IMG/VR virus record: IMGVR_UViG_3300009103_000001
Span: 124,001-188,000 of that record
Strand: one strand, 5' to 3'
DNA length: 64,000 nucleotides
This document shows, in pieces, positions 1-10,451 of this stretch (positions within the stretch are counted from its first letter, which is position 1; the number at the start of each line of letters is the position of its first letter). The position numbers and the translations under genes were made by a program. The notes under the pieces are model-generated. The model was not told where the DNA came from. It made no database searches and saw nothing but the letters and a program-made list of their open reading frames with translations.

Positions 1-79
1 GTACAGCTTCTTCCTCTTCAGGACCAAAGTAAGGTTTTTTAGTTGGTTTTCTCCCCCTTCTCTTTGGTTTTTGTTCCAT
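1..79 (-). CDS. Partial CDS (5' end only), basic N-terminus; possibly a DNA-binding or sigma-like protein
   Basis: ATG at 79 directly after the TAA of the upstream GT; reads MEQKPKRRGRKPTKKPYFGPEEEEAV and runs off the window edge. Function is a weak guess. Confidence 0.45.
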   Translation of the reverse strand, partial: MEQKPKRRGRKPTKKPYFGPEEEEAV

Positions 80-892
80 TTATACGTTTTCTTCTTGCAT
101 ATATTTTATTCCCCTATCTTGTTTAAAATAACATTCTTTTTTAGCCGTATTAAACCAAAATCTAGCCTCTAAGGGGTCGATTTTTTCTTCACCATTATAA
201 TAATTAAAAAATAATGAATTTGGTCTCATATTTATTTTTTTATAACCAATCTTAGGTATGGTCATAATTTTTTTATCATAATATGTCATCCTTAAAAAGA
301 ATTCATAAATGAATTGTAGTTTAATACTAGGTTTCAAACCACTAATAGATTCAAAAGCTTCTTTTTTGTATATACCACCAGAAAATTGGAAGTTTGGAAA
401 ATTTAGTAATGAATCATTATCTAAGAAACCATGTCTATCTGAAAAATCTTTAGCCCAAACAGGTTCGTTTGTAAAATGTAAAAACTTACCTTCAACATTA
501 GCGTCTAACACTATAGGTAAAAATACATCTACATCATCATAGTGTTCAACATATTTATTAAAACTATCAAACCATATTTTAGAATATTCATCATCAACTT
601 CTAAAACAGAAAACCATTCTGTTTCGATTTTTGTTACACCGAAATTAATTTGTGAACAAAAATCAGTTTCACCATCATTTTCTACTATATCTAAAATATT
701 TTTTATTTTTTCATCAAAATCAAATTCATTGATTATATTTTTAGCATCACCATCTTTTGGTACAACTAATAAAAGTTTTTTAGGTAATACTTTTTGTTCC
801 CTAATACTACCAATAGCTTTAGCGAAATAATCTTTTTCATCTTCGTTTATTCTGTGTATTGGTATTATAACTGTTAAATCGTTTTTACTCAT
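80..892 (-). CDS. GT-A fold (family 2-like) glycosyltransferase
   Basis: N-terminal LTVIIPIH, acidic EVDD (DxD-like) motif and SGG motif; 270 aa. Confidence 0.7.
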   Translation of the reverse strand: MSKNDLTVIIPIHRINEDEKDYFAKAIGSIREQKVLPKKLLLVVPKDGDAKNIINEFDFDEKIKNILDIVENDGETDFCSQINFGVTKIETEWFSVLEVDDEYSKIWFDSFNKYVEHYDDVDVFLPIVLDANVEGKFLHFTNEPVWAKDFSDRHGFLDNDSLLNFPNFQFSGGIYKKEAFESISGLKPSIKLQFIYEFFLRMTYYDKKIMTIPKIGYKKINMRPNSLFFNYYNGEEKIDPLEARFWFNTAKKECYFKQDRGIKYMQEENV

Positions 893-899
893 TTTATAT

Positions 900-1979
900 T
901 TATTTTTGTTCTATTATTTCAGTTTCATTAAATTTCTCTAAACTAAGAGTAAATTCTTTAATAATTTTATTCCTTAAATTATCATAATATTCTTTAATAT
1001 TATTTTTTTGATTTTCTTCTGTGTAAGGCTCAACTGTTTTTTCCATTTCATCGTAAAGTTCTTTAGGTTCTAAATCTTCTAACCAAGCTTGAAAGTAATT
1101 ACCTAAAATATCTGTTATATTATTAACATTATTGGTCCACATACCATTTTTGTCTTCCATCCATTCTGGTACTAGATTAGGAACTTTACCTATAACTGGG
1201 ACACCACATTTCATTGATTCTAATGGAAATGTACCAAAACCTGATACATCATCAACCCAAATAGAAACACACGATTCAGATAAGTTTTTAGCAAATTTTT
1301 CTCTTGGCATTCCTCTTAAATCTCTAAAAGTAACCCATTTTAGGTGTGGGTATCTTATATAAAAACTTTTAAATATTTTAACAGTATCTCTTTGGTCTCT
1401 AGTAAAAATAGTTACGATAGGTTTTTTTGGTTTTTCATCCTTTTTAAAATATTCTGGTATAGATAATTTTACTATACCAACCTCCATATTAGGATTACCA
1501 AATAAACTTTCTACATATTCTTTTTGTTTATCAGAAGTTGTAATAACATCTCTAACATTATAATCAGCCCAAGTTTTACCTGGTTCTAACATTTCTAATA
1601 TATAATCATATGATTGTGACATAATCATTTTTCTACAAGGTAATTGTTTAATTTGTTCTAATATATTAGCAAAAATTTCTGGTACTATAACAACGTCAGA
1701 ACCACTAACTTTTAGTTGTTGTGATTCAATGGATAGGTGTGGTAGATTTGAATATTCTTCACCTAACCAAGTTACAACACTTGTATAATCATTTTTTTCA
1801 TGTAAAACATATGCTTTATATCCCAATTCATTTAACACTTTTACGTGTTCATATATGTTAGCCACACCGGCTGTGGGATTACCTTTAGTGTCCATAGTGA
1901 AAAAATATAAACCAAATTCTTTTTTTTCTAATTTAGATATATTTTCTTCAATTCTAGCTTTTATTTCATGTTGTTCCAT
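900..1979 (-). CDS. GT-B fold glycosyltransferase
   Basis: C-terminal GFGTFPLESMKCGVPVIG matches the GT-B E-x7-E/GxPV region; 359 aa. Confidence 0.7.
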   Translation of the reverse strand: MEQHEIKARIEENISKLEKKEFGLYFFTMDTKGNPTAGVANIYEHVKVLNELGYKAYVLHEKNDYTSVVTWLGEEYSNLPHLSIESQQLKVSGSDVVIVPEIFANILEQIKQLPCRKMIMSQSYDYILEMLEPGKTWADYNVRDVITTSDKQKEYVESLFGNPNMEVGIVKLSIPEYFKKDEKPKKPIVTIFTRDQRDTVKIFKSFYIRYPHLKWVTFRDLRGMPREKFAKNLSESCVSIWVDDVSGFGTFPLESMKCGVPVIGKVPNLVPEWMEDKNGMWTNNVNNITDILGNYFQAWLEDLEPKELYDEMEKTVEPYTEENQKNNIKEYYDNLRNKIIKEFTLSLEKFNETEIIEQK

Positions 1980-1981
1980 AT

Positions 1982-2332
1982 TTATTTTTTTAATATAAGT
2001 TTATTTTTTAATAATGTGTTAAATGAAAGTCTAAAGGGTATTGATAATTGATTTTCTAATTTTTTAAATCCCATACTTTCATCTATTATTCCATTTTCAT
2101 TTAATACTGTTTCTATCATAGCTTTAACAACTTCCCATTTTGCCATATCAATAAGTGGTCCATTGTAGTATTCTATTTTTTCATCTAAGTTATCTTCTTC
2201 TTCTTCAGTTTTTTTAATTTTTTTATTTAATAATTCGTCAATACTTTTTTCTTCATTGATTTTAATAAAATCTGAAAGTGCGTGAATATCTAAATAAAAT
2301 TTTTCACCTGCTAACTCAAATAAATCATTCAT
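1982..2332 (-). CDS. Hypothetical protein
   Basis: 116-aa ORF tightly packed in the operon. Confidence 0.6.
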   Translation of the reverse strand: MNDLFELAGEKFYLDIHALSDFIKINEEKSIDELLNKKIKKTEEEEDNLDEKIEYYNGPLIDMAKWEVVKAMIETVLNENGIIDESMGFKKLENQLSIPFRLSFNTLLKNKLILKK

Positions 2333-2374
2333 AATTAATTATTAATTATAATTATTTTTTTGTAAATGTTTTAA

Positions 2375-3052
2375 TTAATTAAAACGTTCTTCATTTACCT
2401 TTTTCAAAAAATCTGAGTCGATTTCTTTTATTGATTTTATACGTATACAAGATTGTGTGGTTTTTTTATTAAAGTCTTTATCTATTACTATATTTATTTT
2501 ACTAATAGATAATTTATTATTGATAATTTTAGGATGGTCGGTAACCATAACATCAACATAATCCCAAACTTTAGAATATTCTTTTACAAATTTTATATTA
2601 GGGCAAGTACACTTATTTTTAGATAGAAAAAATAGTGTTGACGGCACGGCTAACCCACCTTCCCTACTTATAATAATAAATTCATGTTCTGGATTATCAA
2701 TTATTAATTGATTTAATGTTTCCATAGCAGAAGAAACACTCTCATTAGCATAACCAAAAATTTCTAAGGCACATTTTTCATATAAAAATTCGTCTATTGT
2801 TGTGGTAGTTTTTGTACTCACTAATTCAGTAGTTTTTTCACTTTCTATAAAATCAGTTTCATTAAAGTTTGGGTCGAAACCTAATTCACTTTGTTGTGTT
2901 TCTTCTTCTGGAAATGTAATCCATTTCTCTAAATCATAATCAACCACCACAATAGGTTCTTTATCTTCTGAAGAAAAATATTTATCATGTGTTTCTTCTA
3001 TTTTTCCAAATAAATCCCTCAATACACCATCAATTGATATTCCTATTATCAT
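2375..3052 (-). CDS. HAD-like (5'-nucleotidase NT5C-like) protein with degenerate motif I
   Basis: Likely start MIIGISIDGVLRD at 3052 (the ORF track extends to 3094, overlapping phoH). xDGV motif lacks the first Asp; later IISRE and VMVTDHP motifs. Confidence 0.5.
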   Translation of the reverse strand: MIIGISIDGVLRDLFGKIEETHDKYFSSEDKEPIVVVDYDLEKWITFPEEETQQSELGFDPNFNETDFIESEKTTELVSTKTTTTIDEFLYEKCALEIFGYANESVSSAMETLNQLIIDNPEHEFIIISREGGLAVPSTLFFLSKNKCTCPNIKFVKEYSKVWDYVDVMVTDHPKIINNKLSISKINIVIDKDFNKKTTQSCIRIKSIKEIDSDFLKKVNEERFN

Positions 3053-3062
3053 TTTTTTAATT

Positions 3063-3821
3063 TTAATTTTCCAAGTCGTCAAAAACATGTTCAATAATCT
3101 TAATTATTGGGTTTCTAACTACATCATCTGGGTCTGTTAATGTTACAGTACCAAAATTATCTATATCTTTAAATTTATCTATAATAATTTCAAGAGAACT
3201 ATCTTTTTTATTTCTAATATCTTTTTGTCTAACATCACCTAGTATAACCATTTTCGAATTATTACCAATCCTGGTCATAAGTGTTCTTATATTTTCCATT
3301 GATATATTTTGACACTCATCAATTATGATAACAGAGTTATCAATACTTCTACCTCTAGCAAAGGCTATAGGTAAAACCTCTAAAAGACCTAATTCTTTTA
3401 GTTTTCTAGTTCTAGTTTTACCAATTAATTTTCTAAAATTATCCATAAAAGAGTCCACATATGGTTCCATTTTTTCTTCCATATTACCCTTAAGAAAGCC
3501 TATTTCTTCATTTTTAAGGGTTGTAACTGACTTAATTAAAACAATTCTTTTAAATTTAACAGTGTTTTTAAGTAATTTTAAAGCTTCAGCACAAGCTAAA
3601 AAAGTTTTTCCTGTCCCAGGTAAACCATTACATATAGTTATTTCATTTTTCTTTATCGATTCTGTTAATTTTTTTTGATTTTGTGTTTTATGTTTTACAT
3701 TAACTTTTATTAAATTGAATAATTTTACTTCTTCAATGTTGTTGTGATTTAATAATAATTCCAATTCCTCTAAGTCTTCTATTGGAAATTGTTTATTGTG
3801 TCTTCCGTTTTTTCTACTCAT
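3063..3821 (-). CDS. phoH: PhoH-family ATPase
   Basis: Walker A GLPGTGKT; IGFLKG, FARGRS, IIDECQN, LMTRIG and GDVRQKD motifs. Confidence 0.9.
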   Translation of the reverse strand: MSRKNGRHNKQFPIEDLEELELLLNHNNIEEVKLFNLIKVNVKHKTQNQKKLTESIKKNEITICNGLPGTGKTFLACAEALKLLKNTVKFKRIVLIKSVTTLKNEEIGFLKGNMEEKMEPYVDSFMDNFRKLIGKTRTRKLKELGLLEVLPIAFARGRSIDNSVIIIDECQNISMENIRTLMTRIGNNSKMVILGDVRQKDIRNKKDSSLEIIIDKFKDIDNFGTVTLTDPDDVVRNPIIKIIEHVFDDLEN

Positions 3822-4131
3822 CTAAAATATATTTATCATTTTTTATACTTGGCGTTTTTATTACCATTATTGAACAATCTTCAAGAACTTCAAATTCTGT
3901 AATCTCATTTGGATTTATGACCATTAATTCATTTTCATTACAAACAATTCCTGAATATTTTACCCTTCCATTTATAATAAAGTTTAACTCTGTTGCTACT
4001 TTATGTAAATGTTTTTCACCGATAAAACCTTTTTTATATTTTTTATATCCAACTTCAAATAAATCGGTTTTATATACAGATTCTTTAAATCCACCGATAA
4101 ACCATTCATTATTTATTTTCAATTTTTTCAT
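3814..4131 (-). CDS. Small cupin-fold protein
   Basis: HLHKVATE cupin-type metal motif, 105 aa, next to sugar-nucleotide genes. Confidence 0.55.
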   Translation of the reverse strand: MKKLKINNEWFIGGFKESVYKTDLFEVGYKKYKKGFIGEKHLHKVATELNFIINGRVKYSGIVCNENELMVINPNEITEFEVLEDCSIMVIKTPSIKNDKYILDE

Positions 4132-5168
4132 TATTTATTTTTTAAAATAGTATTCATAACCTCATTAGGAATACCAATAGTAATTTCCGATTCTTTATAA
4201 TAATCTAACCAATAAGAAACCATCTCATCTAACATTGATTCAAATGTGTATTTAGGTTTCCATCTTAAGTCTTCCCTTAATTTAGTAGAATCCCCCTTTA
4301 AATCATGTAATTCTTCAGGTCTCATATGTTTTTCATCAATCACTACATAATCTCTAAAATCTAAATTTAATCTATTAAAAGTATATTCACATAAATCCTT
4401 AACCGAATGTGAAATACCTGTCGCACATACATAATCATTAGGTTTATCATCTTGTAACATTAACCACATAGCTTCAACATAATCTTTAGCGTGACCCCAA
4501 TCCCTAGTGGCATCTAAGTTACCTAAGTGTAATTTTTCTTGTAATCCTAATTTAATCCTAACCGCTGCCTTAACAACTTTATTGGTAACAAAATTAGTTC
4601 CTCTTCTTGGTGATTCATGATTAAAAAGAATTCCGTTCCATATTTTCATACCATAAGAGTTTCTATAGTTTCTTGTAATATTATATGAAAATACTTTAGC
4701 ACACCCATATGGTGATACGGGATTCATGGGGGTAGTTTCTCTTTGATATCCATCCGCATCAATATTATTACCAAACATTTCAGATGAAGAAGCTTGGTAT
4801 ATTTTAGAATTAGGTGAAACCATTCTAACTGCCTCTAACATGTTTAAGGTACCTAGACCAGTTGCATTTGCAGTATAGATTGGTTGGTCAAAACTAACTC
4901 TTACATGTGACTGTGCTGCCAAATTATATATCTCATCAGGTTGTACTTTTTGTAGTACCCTAACTAAAGACGCCATATCAATTAAATCAGCGTATTCTAA
5001 TTTTAATTTATCAAAAATATGTTCAATTCTAACTGATTGTGTTTCTGATACAGAATTTCTTTTAACTATACCCCAAACTTCATATCCTTTATCTAAAAGT
5101 AGTTCGGCTAAATACGAACCATCTTGTCCATTAATCCCTGTTATTAAAGCTTTTTTACTCATATTCAT
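4131..5168 (-). CDS. gmd: GDP-mannose 4,6-dehydratase
   Basis: [61 protein letters not shown]. Confidence 0.95.
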   Translation of the reverse strand: MNMSKKALITGINGQDGSYLAELLLDKGYEVWGIVKRNSVSETQSVRIEHIFDKLKLEYADLIDMASLVRVLQKVQPDEIYNLAAQSHVRVSFDQPIYTANATGLGTLNMLEAVRMVSPNSKIYQASSSEMFGNNIDADGYQRETTPMNPVSPYGCAKVFSYNITRNYRNSYGMKIWNGILFNHESPRRGTNFVTNKVVKAAVRIKLGLQEKLHLGNLDATRDWGHAKDYVEAMWLMLQDDKPNDYVCATGISHSVKDLCEYTFNRLNLDFRDYVVIDEKHMRPEELHDLKGDSTKLREDLRWKPKYTFESMLDEMVSYWLDYYKESEITIGIPNEVMNTILKNK

Positions 5169-6303
5169 TAATTATATTTACTATTTTATCTATATCTTTT
5201 TTTGATAAGTCTTGATGGTTTGGTATATAAAATCCTTTTTTATCTAATAATTCACAATTTTCTAACCCTTCTTTACTACCTTTCCACATAGGTTTATTTG
5301 CCATATTACCAGCGATTAAAGGTCTTACTTCTATATCTTCATCTAGTAAATTTCTAATTATATCATTTCTCATAGGATGTACTATTGGTATAGCAAAACT
5401 AGAAACATAATCGTTTGGTTTTTCTTCTAAGTGTAACTGACTAACCTTTAACTTGTCGATATAGTATTTAAAATTTTCCCTTCTTTTTGAAGAGTATCCA
5501 TCTAATTTATCTATGGCTCTTAAACCAATAAAAGCCTGCAAGTCGGTAGAGCGAAGATTCATACCTGGTAAATAAAAATTATACAAACCATCAAAGTCTG
5601 AACAACCATAAGATTCTCTAATGTCTTTTTGTACATCTGAAGGCAAGTCTCTATCCCATCCATGACTTCGCATCATTAGTAATTGGTGGTAAAACCCTTC
5701 ATCATTAGTATTAATAAAACCACCTTCAATAGTGGATAAATGATGACCAAAATACATTGAATAAAAGGAGGCAAAACCAAAAGAACCTAAATATTTTTCT
5801 TGATACTTAGAACCCATACTCTCACAGACATCCTCTAATAATATTACCTGGTATTTTTTACATAAATCAACAACTTTTTCCATATTAGGCACTAACCCCA
5901 AAGGGGATACTAAAATAAATGTAGAAGGGTTTTCTCGTTGAAATATTGATTCTAGTGCCTCTAAATCACATGATAAATCTGATAAGTTACAGTCACACAT
6001 AAAAGTGTCGTAACCTAAAAGCATTGGGGAACTAACGTCTGTAGACCAACTCAGAGCAGGAACAACAATTTTTAAATTTTTTAATCTATTAGTTTCTTTA
6101 AGGGTTGCCAATGTAAGTAATATAGAAGAAGAACCTGAGTTGACAAAAACTGAATATTTAGTTCCTATTTTTTTTGCCCATTTTTTTTCTAACTCCCAAG
6201 TCAATTCGCCCTTTGTAAGTCTAGGTATTTCATCTTGATTGAGCCATTTTGTTAAAGCTTTAATATCCGCTTTATCTATTGTATCACTTACTAATTTTAT
6301 CAT
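5155..6303 (-). CDS. colD: DegT/DnrJ-family PLP enzyme, ColD-type GDP-4-keto-6-deoxymannose 3-dehydratase
   Basis: VNSGSS, EDVCES; [13 protein letters not shown] has His where aminotransferases have the catalytic Lys; lies between gmd and an fcl-like gene. Confidence 0.75.
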   Translation of the reverse strand: MIKLVSDTIDKADIKALTKWLNQDEIPRLTKGELTWELEKKWAKKIGTKYSVFVNSGSSSILLTLATLKETNRLKNLKIVVPALSWSTDVSSPMLLGYDTFMCDCNLSDLSCDLEALESIFQRENPSTFILVSPLGLVPNMEKVVDLCKKYQVILLEDVCESMGSKYQEKYLGSFGFASFYSMYFGHHLSTIEGGFINTNDEGFYHQLLMMRSHGWDRDLPSDVQKDIRESYGCSDFDGLYNFYLPGMNLRSTDLQAFIGLRAIDKLDGYSSKRRENFKYYIDKLKVSQLHLEEKPNDYVSSFAIPIVHPMRNDIIRNLLDEDIEVRPLIAGNMANKPMWKGSKEGLENCELLDKKGFYIPNHQDLSKKDIDKIVNIINEYE

Positions 6304-7217
6304 AATCTAACCTTTCCCGTTTTATAATTTTCTATAAACCAATCTATAGTCTTATTAATTCCTTCTTCTAAGGGGGTAAAATCAAACCAATCTATATCAC
6401 TTTTAGCCGGTTTTCTTAATTGACCTAACGGTTTCGTTATATCATATTTAATTCTATTCTCTGATATATCAAATCTTTTGGCTATAATATTAACAACTTC
6501 TTTAATTGAGTACTCTTTTTCATTTATAGCCATTAAAGGTTTATCACTACCCCACTCATTAATAGCCCATTCTATTATTTCTGACATATCTTCAGAATAT
6601 ACAAATTGCCTAAGTGGGCTACCATCACCCCAAACAATAAAATCGGTATCATTAATTTTAGATTCATAAGCTTTTCTTATTAAAGCTGGTACTAAATGAG
6701 AGTCCTTTAAATTAAAATTATCTTTTGGTCCATATAAATTTGTGGGTACGATTGATATCCAATTTTTATTTATCACATTACGATACATTTTAGTTTGGTA
6801 ATATAATAATCTTTTAGCGTAAGCGTAACCATGATTAGAGAAATGTGGTGGCCCTAAATCTATTTTTTCAGAAGTTAAAGGGTATTCTACTTTATCTGGA
6901 AAAACACATGTAGATAATATTGTAACTAAGTTTTCTATATTTAAATCTAAACAAGAGGATAAAACATTATTATCTATTTTAATATTATCACTAAAAAACT
7001 CTAAATTAGAATTTATATTAGCCCCAACACCACCAACTCTAGCCGCACAGTGTATTATTGTATTTGGGTTATATTCATTATTTAATATAAAATCTTTAAA
7101 ATTATTAACTCTTAAATCACAATCTTTACTAGAAAAAGTTTTTGCTTTTAATTTTTTTACTATTGGTGAACCTAATAAACCATTTCCACCAGTCACTAAA
7201 ACACTCATTTTACACAT
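6300..7217 (-). CDS. GDP-L-fucose synthase / ColC-like epimerase-reductase
   Basis: VTGGNGLLG, HCAARVGG, LSTCVFP, YAYAKR, PTNLYGPKDNF, WGDGSPLRQF. Confidence 0.85.
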   Translation of the reverse strand: MCKMSVLVTGGNGLLGSPIVKKLKAKTFSSKDCDLRVNNFKDFILNNEYNPNTIIHCAARVGGVGANINSNLEFFSDNIKIDNNVLSSCLDLNIENLVTILSTCVFPDKVEYPLTSEKIDLGPPHFSNHGYAYAKRLLYYQTKMYRNVINKNWISIVPTNLYGPKDNFNLKDSHLVPALIRKAYESKINDTDFIVWGDGSPLRQFVYSEDMSEIIEWAINEWGSDKPLMAINEKEYSIKEVVNIIAKRFDISENRIKYDITKPLGQLRKPAKSDIDWFDFTPLEEGINKTIDWFIENYKTGKVRL

Positions 7218-7735
7218 TCAATATTTAAACTCATTAATCGACCATTTTCTTTATCCATATGTGGTATATAGGCTTGTGAAAAATCATCCATATCAGAGTG
7301 GTCAGTTTTCCTCCAATCATACCTATAAACTTCACTAAAACCTAACGATTTTAAAGAGTTTTGTAAAGAGTTAAAATCCCATGTACAATAATGAAAATTT
7401 TGTTCATAATTTTGTCCCCCATATAAAAACCCCATTAATTTAGTTAGGTCCTTATTGTCATTATAGTACTCAACAACTTTTTCAAAATCTGGTACAGCAA
7501 TTCTTAATATGCCTCCATTTTTTAACACTTCAAACCATCTTTTTAGAACTTTTTTATATTCATGTCTACCAAAATGTTCTAAAACATGACAAGCATAGAT
7601 TACATCGACACTATTATTATTAACATTATTTAATTTAGCTATATCGTCAACGAGGTCGGGGTTAACGTCCTCTCTAATATCTATATTAATATAACCCTTT
7701 ATTTTTTTGTCACCACAACCTAAATGTAATTTCAT
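7205..7735 (-). CDS. Class I SAM-dependent methyltransferase (type 11-like)
   Basis: KLHLGCG, HVLEH, LKNGGILRIAVPD. Confidence 0.8.
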   Translation of the reverse strand: MKLHLGCGDKKIKGYINIDIREDVNPDLVDDIAKLNNVNNNSVDVIYACHVLEHFGRHEYKKVLKRWFEVLKNGGILRIAVPDFEKVVEYYNDNKDLTKLMGFLYGGQNYEQNFHYCTWDFNSLQNSLKSLGFSEVYRYDWRKTDHSDMDDFSQAYIPHMDKENGRLMSLNIECVK

Positions 7736-7741
7736 TTTTAA

Positions 7742-8590
7742 CTAGTTTGATAATATTTTAGCTATTTCAGCATAAGTACTTATTTCGTGATATATTTGTA
7801 TATTTGTTTTACTTAAAATATATAAATCTTCTATCGCTTCTTTTGAATGTTTCTCATCTCTAATAAATGTTTTATGGTTCCATGGTTGATTATTATTTTT
7901 TTCTATATAATTTTTTTTATCGTTTCTAACAATTATATTATTTTTAAACTTATTAACTATTAATTTTTCGTATTCTTTGTCCTCAGTTGATAAATAAAAC
8001 ATCTGTTTTGGTGTTTGTTTTAAAATATTGTTTATTTTATCAATATAGTAATTAACAGTAACTAGACCTTGTTTAAAATCAGAGCCTCTAGCGTGTACAC
8101 CAATAACACTTTTATCTAATTTTAAATCTTTAACCACTTGGTCAACATTATCTTGTAATTCTTTTTTTAGTTTTAATTTTCTTAAAAAATTATAAGATTC
8201 TGTTAAATCAATATTAGGTAAAAATCTAATATTATATACAATTATATTTTTATTTTGGTCTTGAAAGGAAAAAGAATTTTTACCACTAGCCCCAAATTTA
8301 TGGGTTAAATTTTGTAAAGTAGGGACACCAAACTCTGAATTTTCTCTATTAACATCAAATTGTTCAACACACATCTTACAATCGTCTAATTGTTCCAATT
8401 CTTCTAAACTTATAGTTTCTATTGGGTCATCGAATAAATCATTAAATTTAGCTAAACAACCGTTTTGTTGTTTATTATCCCAATATATTTTTAATTTTCT
8501 ACCAGTTTTTTCGGATATTACACCACAAGAAGCTATTGTTCTCATCCTATTACCAATGCCTGCTGTACAATATGGTATTATTGTATTCAT
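7742..8590 (-). CDS. NodZ/GT23-like O-fucosyltransferase-fold protein
   Basis: Likely start MNTII at 8590 (ATGA overlap); AGIGNRM, IGVHARGSDF, FYLSTED and DLYILS motifs. Confidence 0.65.
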   Translation of the reverse strand: MNTIIPYCTAGIGNRMRTIASCGVISEKTGRKLKIYWDNKQQNGCLAKFNDLFDDPIETISLEELEQLDDCKMCVEQFDVNRENSEFGVPTLQNLTHKFGASGKNSFSFQDQNKNIIVYNIRFLPNIDLTESYNFLRKLKLKKELQDNVDQVVKDLKLDKSVIGVHARGSDFKQGLVTVNYYIDKINNILKQTPKQMFYLSTEDKEYEKLIVNKFKNNIIVRNDKKNYIEKNNNQPWNHKTFIRDEKHSKEAIEDLYILSKTNIQIYHEISTYAEIAKILSN

Positions 8591-9183
8591 TTTTCTACTA
8601 CAATATAAGGTAAACCGGTTAAAGGAACTGAGCCCCACTCATATACTTTACCATATTCAGATAATTTTTGTAACCACCATGGTTTTGGTTTTATCGTTAA
8701 GTGTAAAGGTACTCCCGCTAAATTATCTGGTATAAAAGCTACAGAGACAATAAAACCTTTAGTAGATACACGGTCAAATTCTTTTAAAACAATATTTAAA
8801 TCATTTTCAGATATGTGTTCCAAACAATCAAAAGAAGTTACCCAATCAATTGTATTATCATTTAAAGGTATTGTCGTACCATTACCATCAATAAACTCTA
8901 TTTTATCATTATCTATAACATTTCCTGTTGCGACTGATGCTATATCTAACCCATATACTTTTTCTATTGTTTTAGTGGCTAAATCACAAAATCTACCATA
9001 ACCACATCCATAATCAATAACACATTTAGCATTTTTATTATTTAAGAATTGTATTGAATTTTCACCCCAATTAGCTCTACCATAACCACCATCTACTTGA
9101 CCCCTTGAGTCTGATTTAACATATATGTCATGTAATTTACCACTATATAAATCTACATATTTTTCTTTTTCTGTTTTATACAT
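8587..9183 (-). CDS. Class I SAM-dependent methyltransferase
   Basis: IDYGCGYG, GLDIA, SFDCLEHI. Confidence 0.8.
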   Translation of the reverse strand: MYKTEKEKYVDLYSGKLHDIYVKSDSRGQVDGGYGRANWGENSIQFLNNKNAKCVIDYGCGYGRFCDLATKTIEKVYGLDIASVATGNVIDNDKIEFIDGNGTTIPLNDNTIDWVTSFDCLEHISENDLNIVLKEFDRVSTKGFIVSVAFIPDNLAGVPLHLTIKPKPWWLQKLSEYGKVYEWGSVPLTGLPYIVVEK

Positions 9184-9188
9184 AATTT

Positions 9189-9854
9189 TTAAAAATTTTT
9201 CTTTTGTCCGGCTGTTGGGTCATATCCCCATTTTCTTATAAATTCAGCTCTATTATGTCCCAATATTTTATCGGACCTATCACCATTGGCATAAATTTCT
9301 ATACCATGGTTTACTAATGTATTTTCATTACCATTAACAACTATTATACCCTGTTTTTTATATTCATTACCCAAATCATGGTCCTCAAACCCATAGTAAC
9401 CATCATAACAATCGTCAAACAAACCAATTCTTTTAATTAAATCCAACCTTAAACCTAAATTTGCGGTACTAAACCACCCACCAGCTCTAGCACCATCAGG
9501 AAATCTAACAATACCCCTAACAACTTCATGTTTTTTTAATTCATCAATATAAGATTGCACAAAATTTATATTTGAGGGGATACAATCATCGTCCATAATA
9601 ACCACATTTGGTGAAACACAAAGAGAAACAGATTCGTTAAATCTACCAACCCTATGATACCCATCATCTTTATTTAATATTAGTTTAGTAATAACTTGTG
9701 GTAAACCATTAAAATTAATATCTTTAGAACCATCATCATTAATGATTAAATTAAAGTTCATATTAGTTTGTTTACTTAAAATATCTAAAGTTTCTTTTAT
9801 TTTATCCCATCTATTATAAGTGGTTATACATATATCTAATTCTTTTATTTTCAT
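9189..9854 (-). CDS. Glycosyltransferase family 2
   Basis: ICITTYNR, INDDGS, MDDD, YGFEDHDLG. Confidence 0.8.
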   Translation of the reverse strand: MKIKELDICITTYNRWDKIKETLDILSKQTNMNFNLIINDDGSKDINFNGLPQVITKLILNKDDGYHRVGRFNESVSLCVSPNVVIMDDDCIPSNINFVQSYIDELKKHEVVRGIVRFPDGARAGGWFSTANLGLRLDLIKRIGLFDDCYDGYYGFEDHDLGNEYKKQGIIVVNGNENTLVNHGIEIYANGDRSDKILGHNRAEFIRKWGYDPTAGQKKNF

Positions 9855-9856
9855 TT

Positions 9857-10450
9857 TTATTTTTTTATATATACTGCTACACCAGCACCATTATTTATTG
9901 GTGTTGTATGTATTAATTTAAAGTCAAATTTATTAACATAATTTGTTATATCTTCTAAACTAGCATCACCTTCATATAATTCACTATTTATGAATTCTAT
10001 AATAACAGAATCTATAAATTTTAACCTATCACCAAAACCCGATAATACTTTAACTTCATAACCTTGTGTGTCACTAACAATAACATTGTAATTATCCATA
10101 TTATAATCCAAAGAATCGAATCTAACAATTTCAGATTCTATTTCCTCATTAAATGTTATATTATAATATTTTAAATGATTTAATGGTTTTAGAAATGAAG
10201 ATGATTCACCATTATTAGAGGCAACATACATTTTTAATTTTTCGTTTTTATCACCTAAACCTAAATTATGTGATTCGATATTTGGGTGGTCTCTTTTTAA
10301 TATATTATAGACATTAGGTACTGGTTCGAAACAGACAATATTTTGTGTGTAGGTTTTAAATAAATTACACTCTTGGCCTACATTAGCTCCGGCTTGTATG
10401 ATACCTTTTATATTAATATATTTAGTTATTAGATTAAAAATTTCTTTCAT
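9857..10450 (-). CDS. FkbM-family methyltransferase
   Basis: GANVGQE, FEPVP, DTQGYEVKVLSG. Confidence 0.85.
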   Translation of the reverse strand: MKEIFNLITKYINIKGIIQAGANVGQECNLFKTYTQNIVCFEPVPNVYNILKRDHPNIESHNLGLGDKNEKLKMYVASNNGESSSFLKPLNHLKYYNITFNEEIESEIVRFDSLDYNMDNYNVIVSDTQGYEVKVLSGFGDRLKFIDSVIIEFINSELYEGDASLEDITNYVNKFDFKLIHTTPINNGAGVAVYIKK

Positions 10451-10451
10451 A

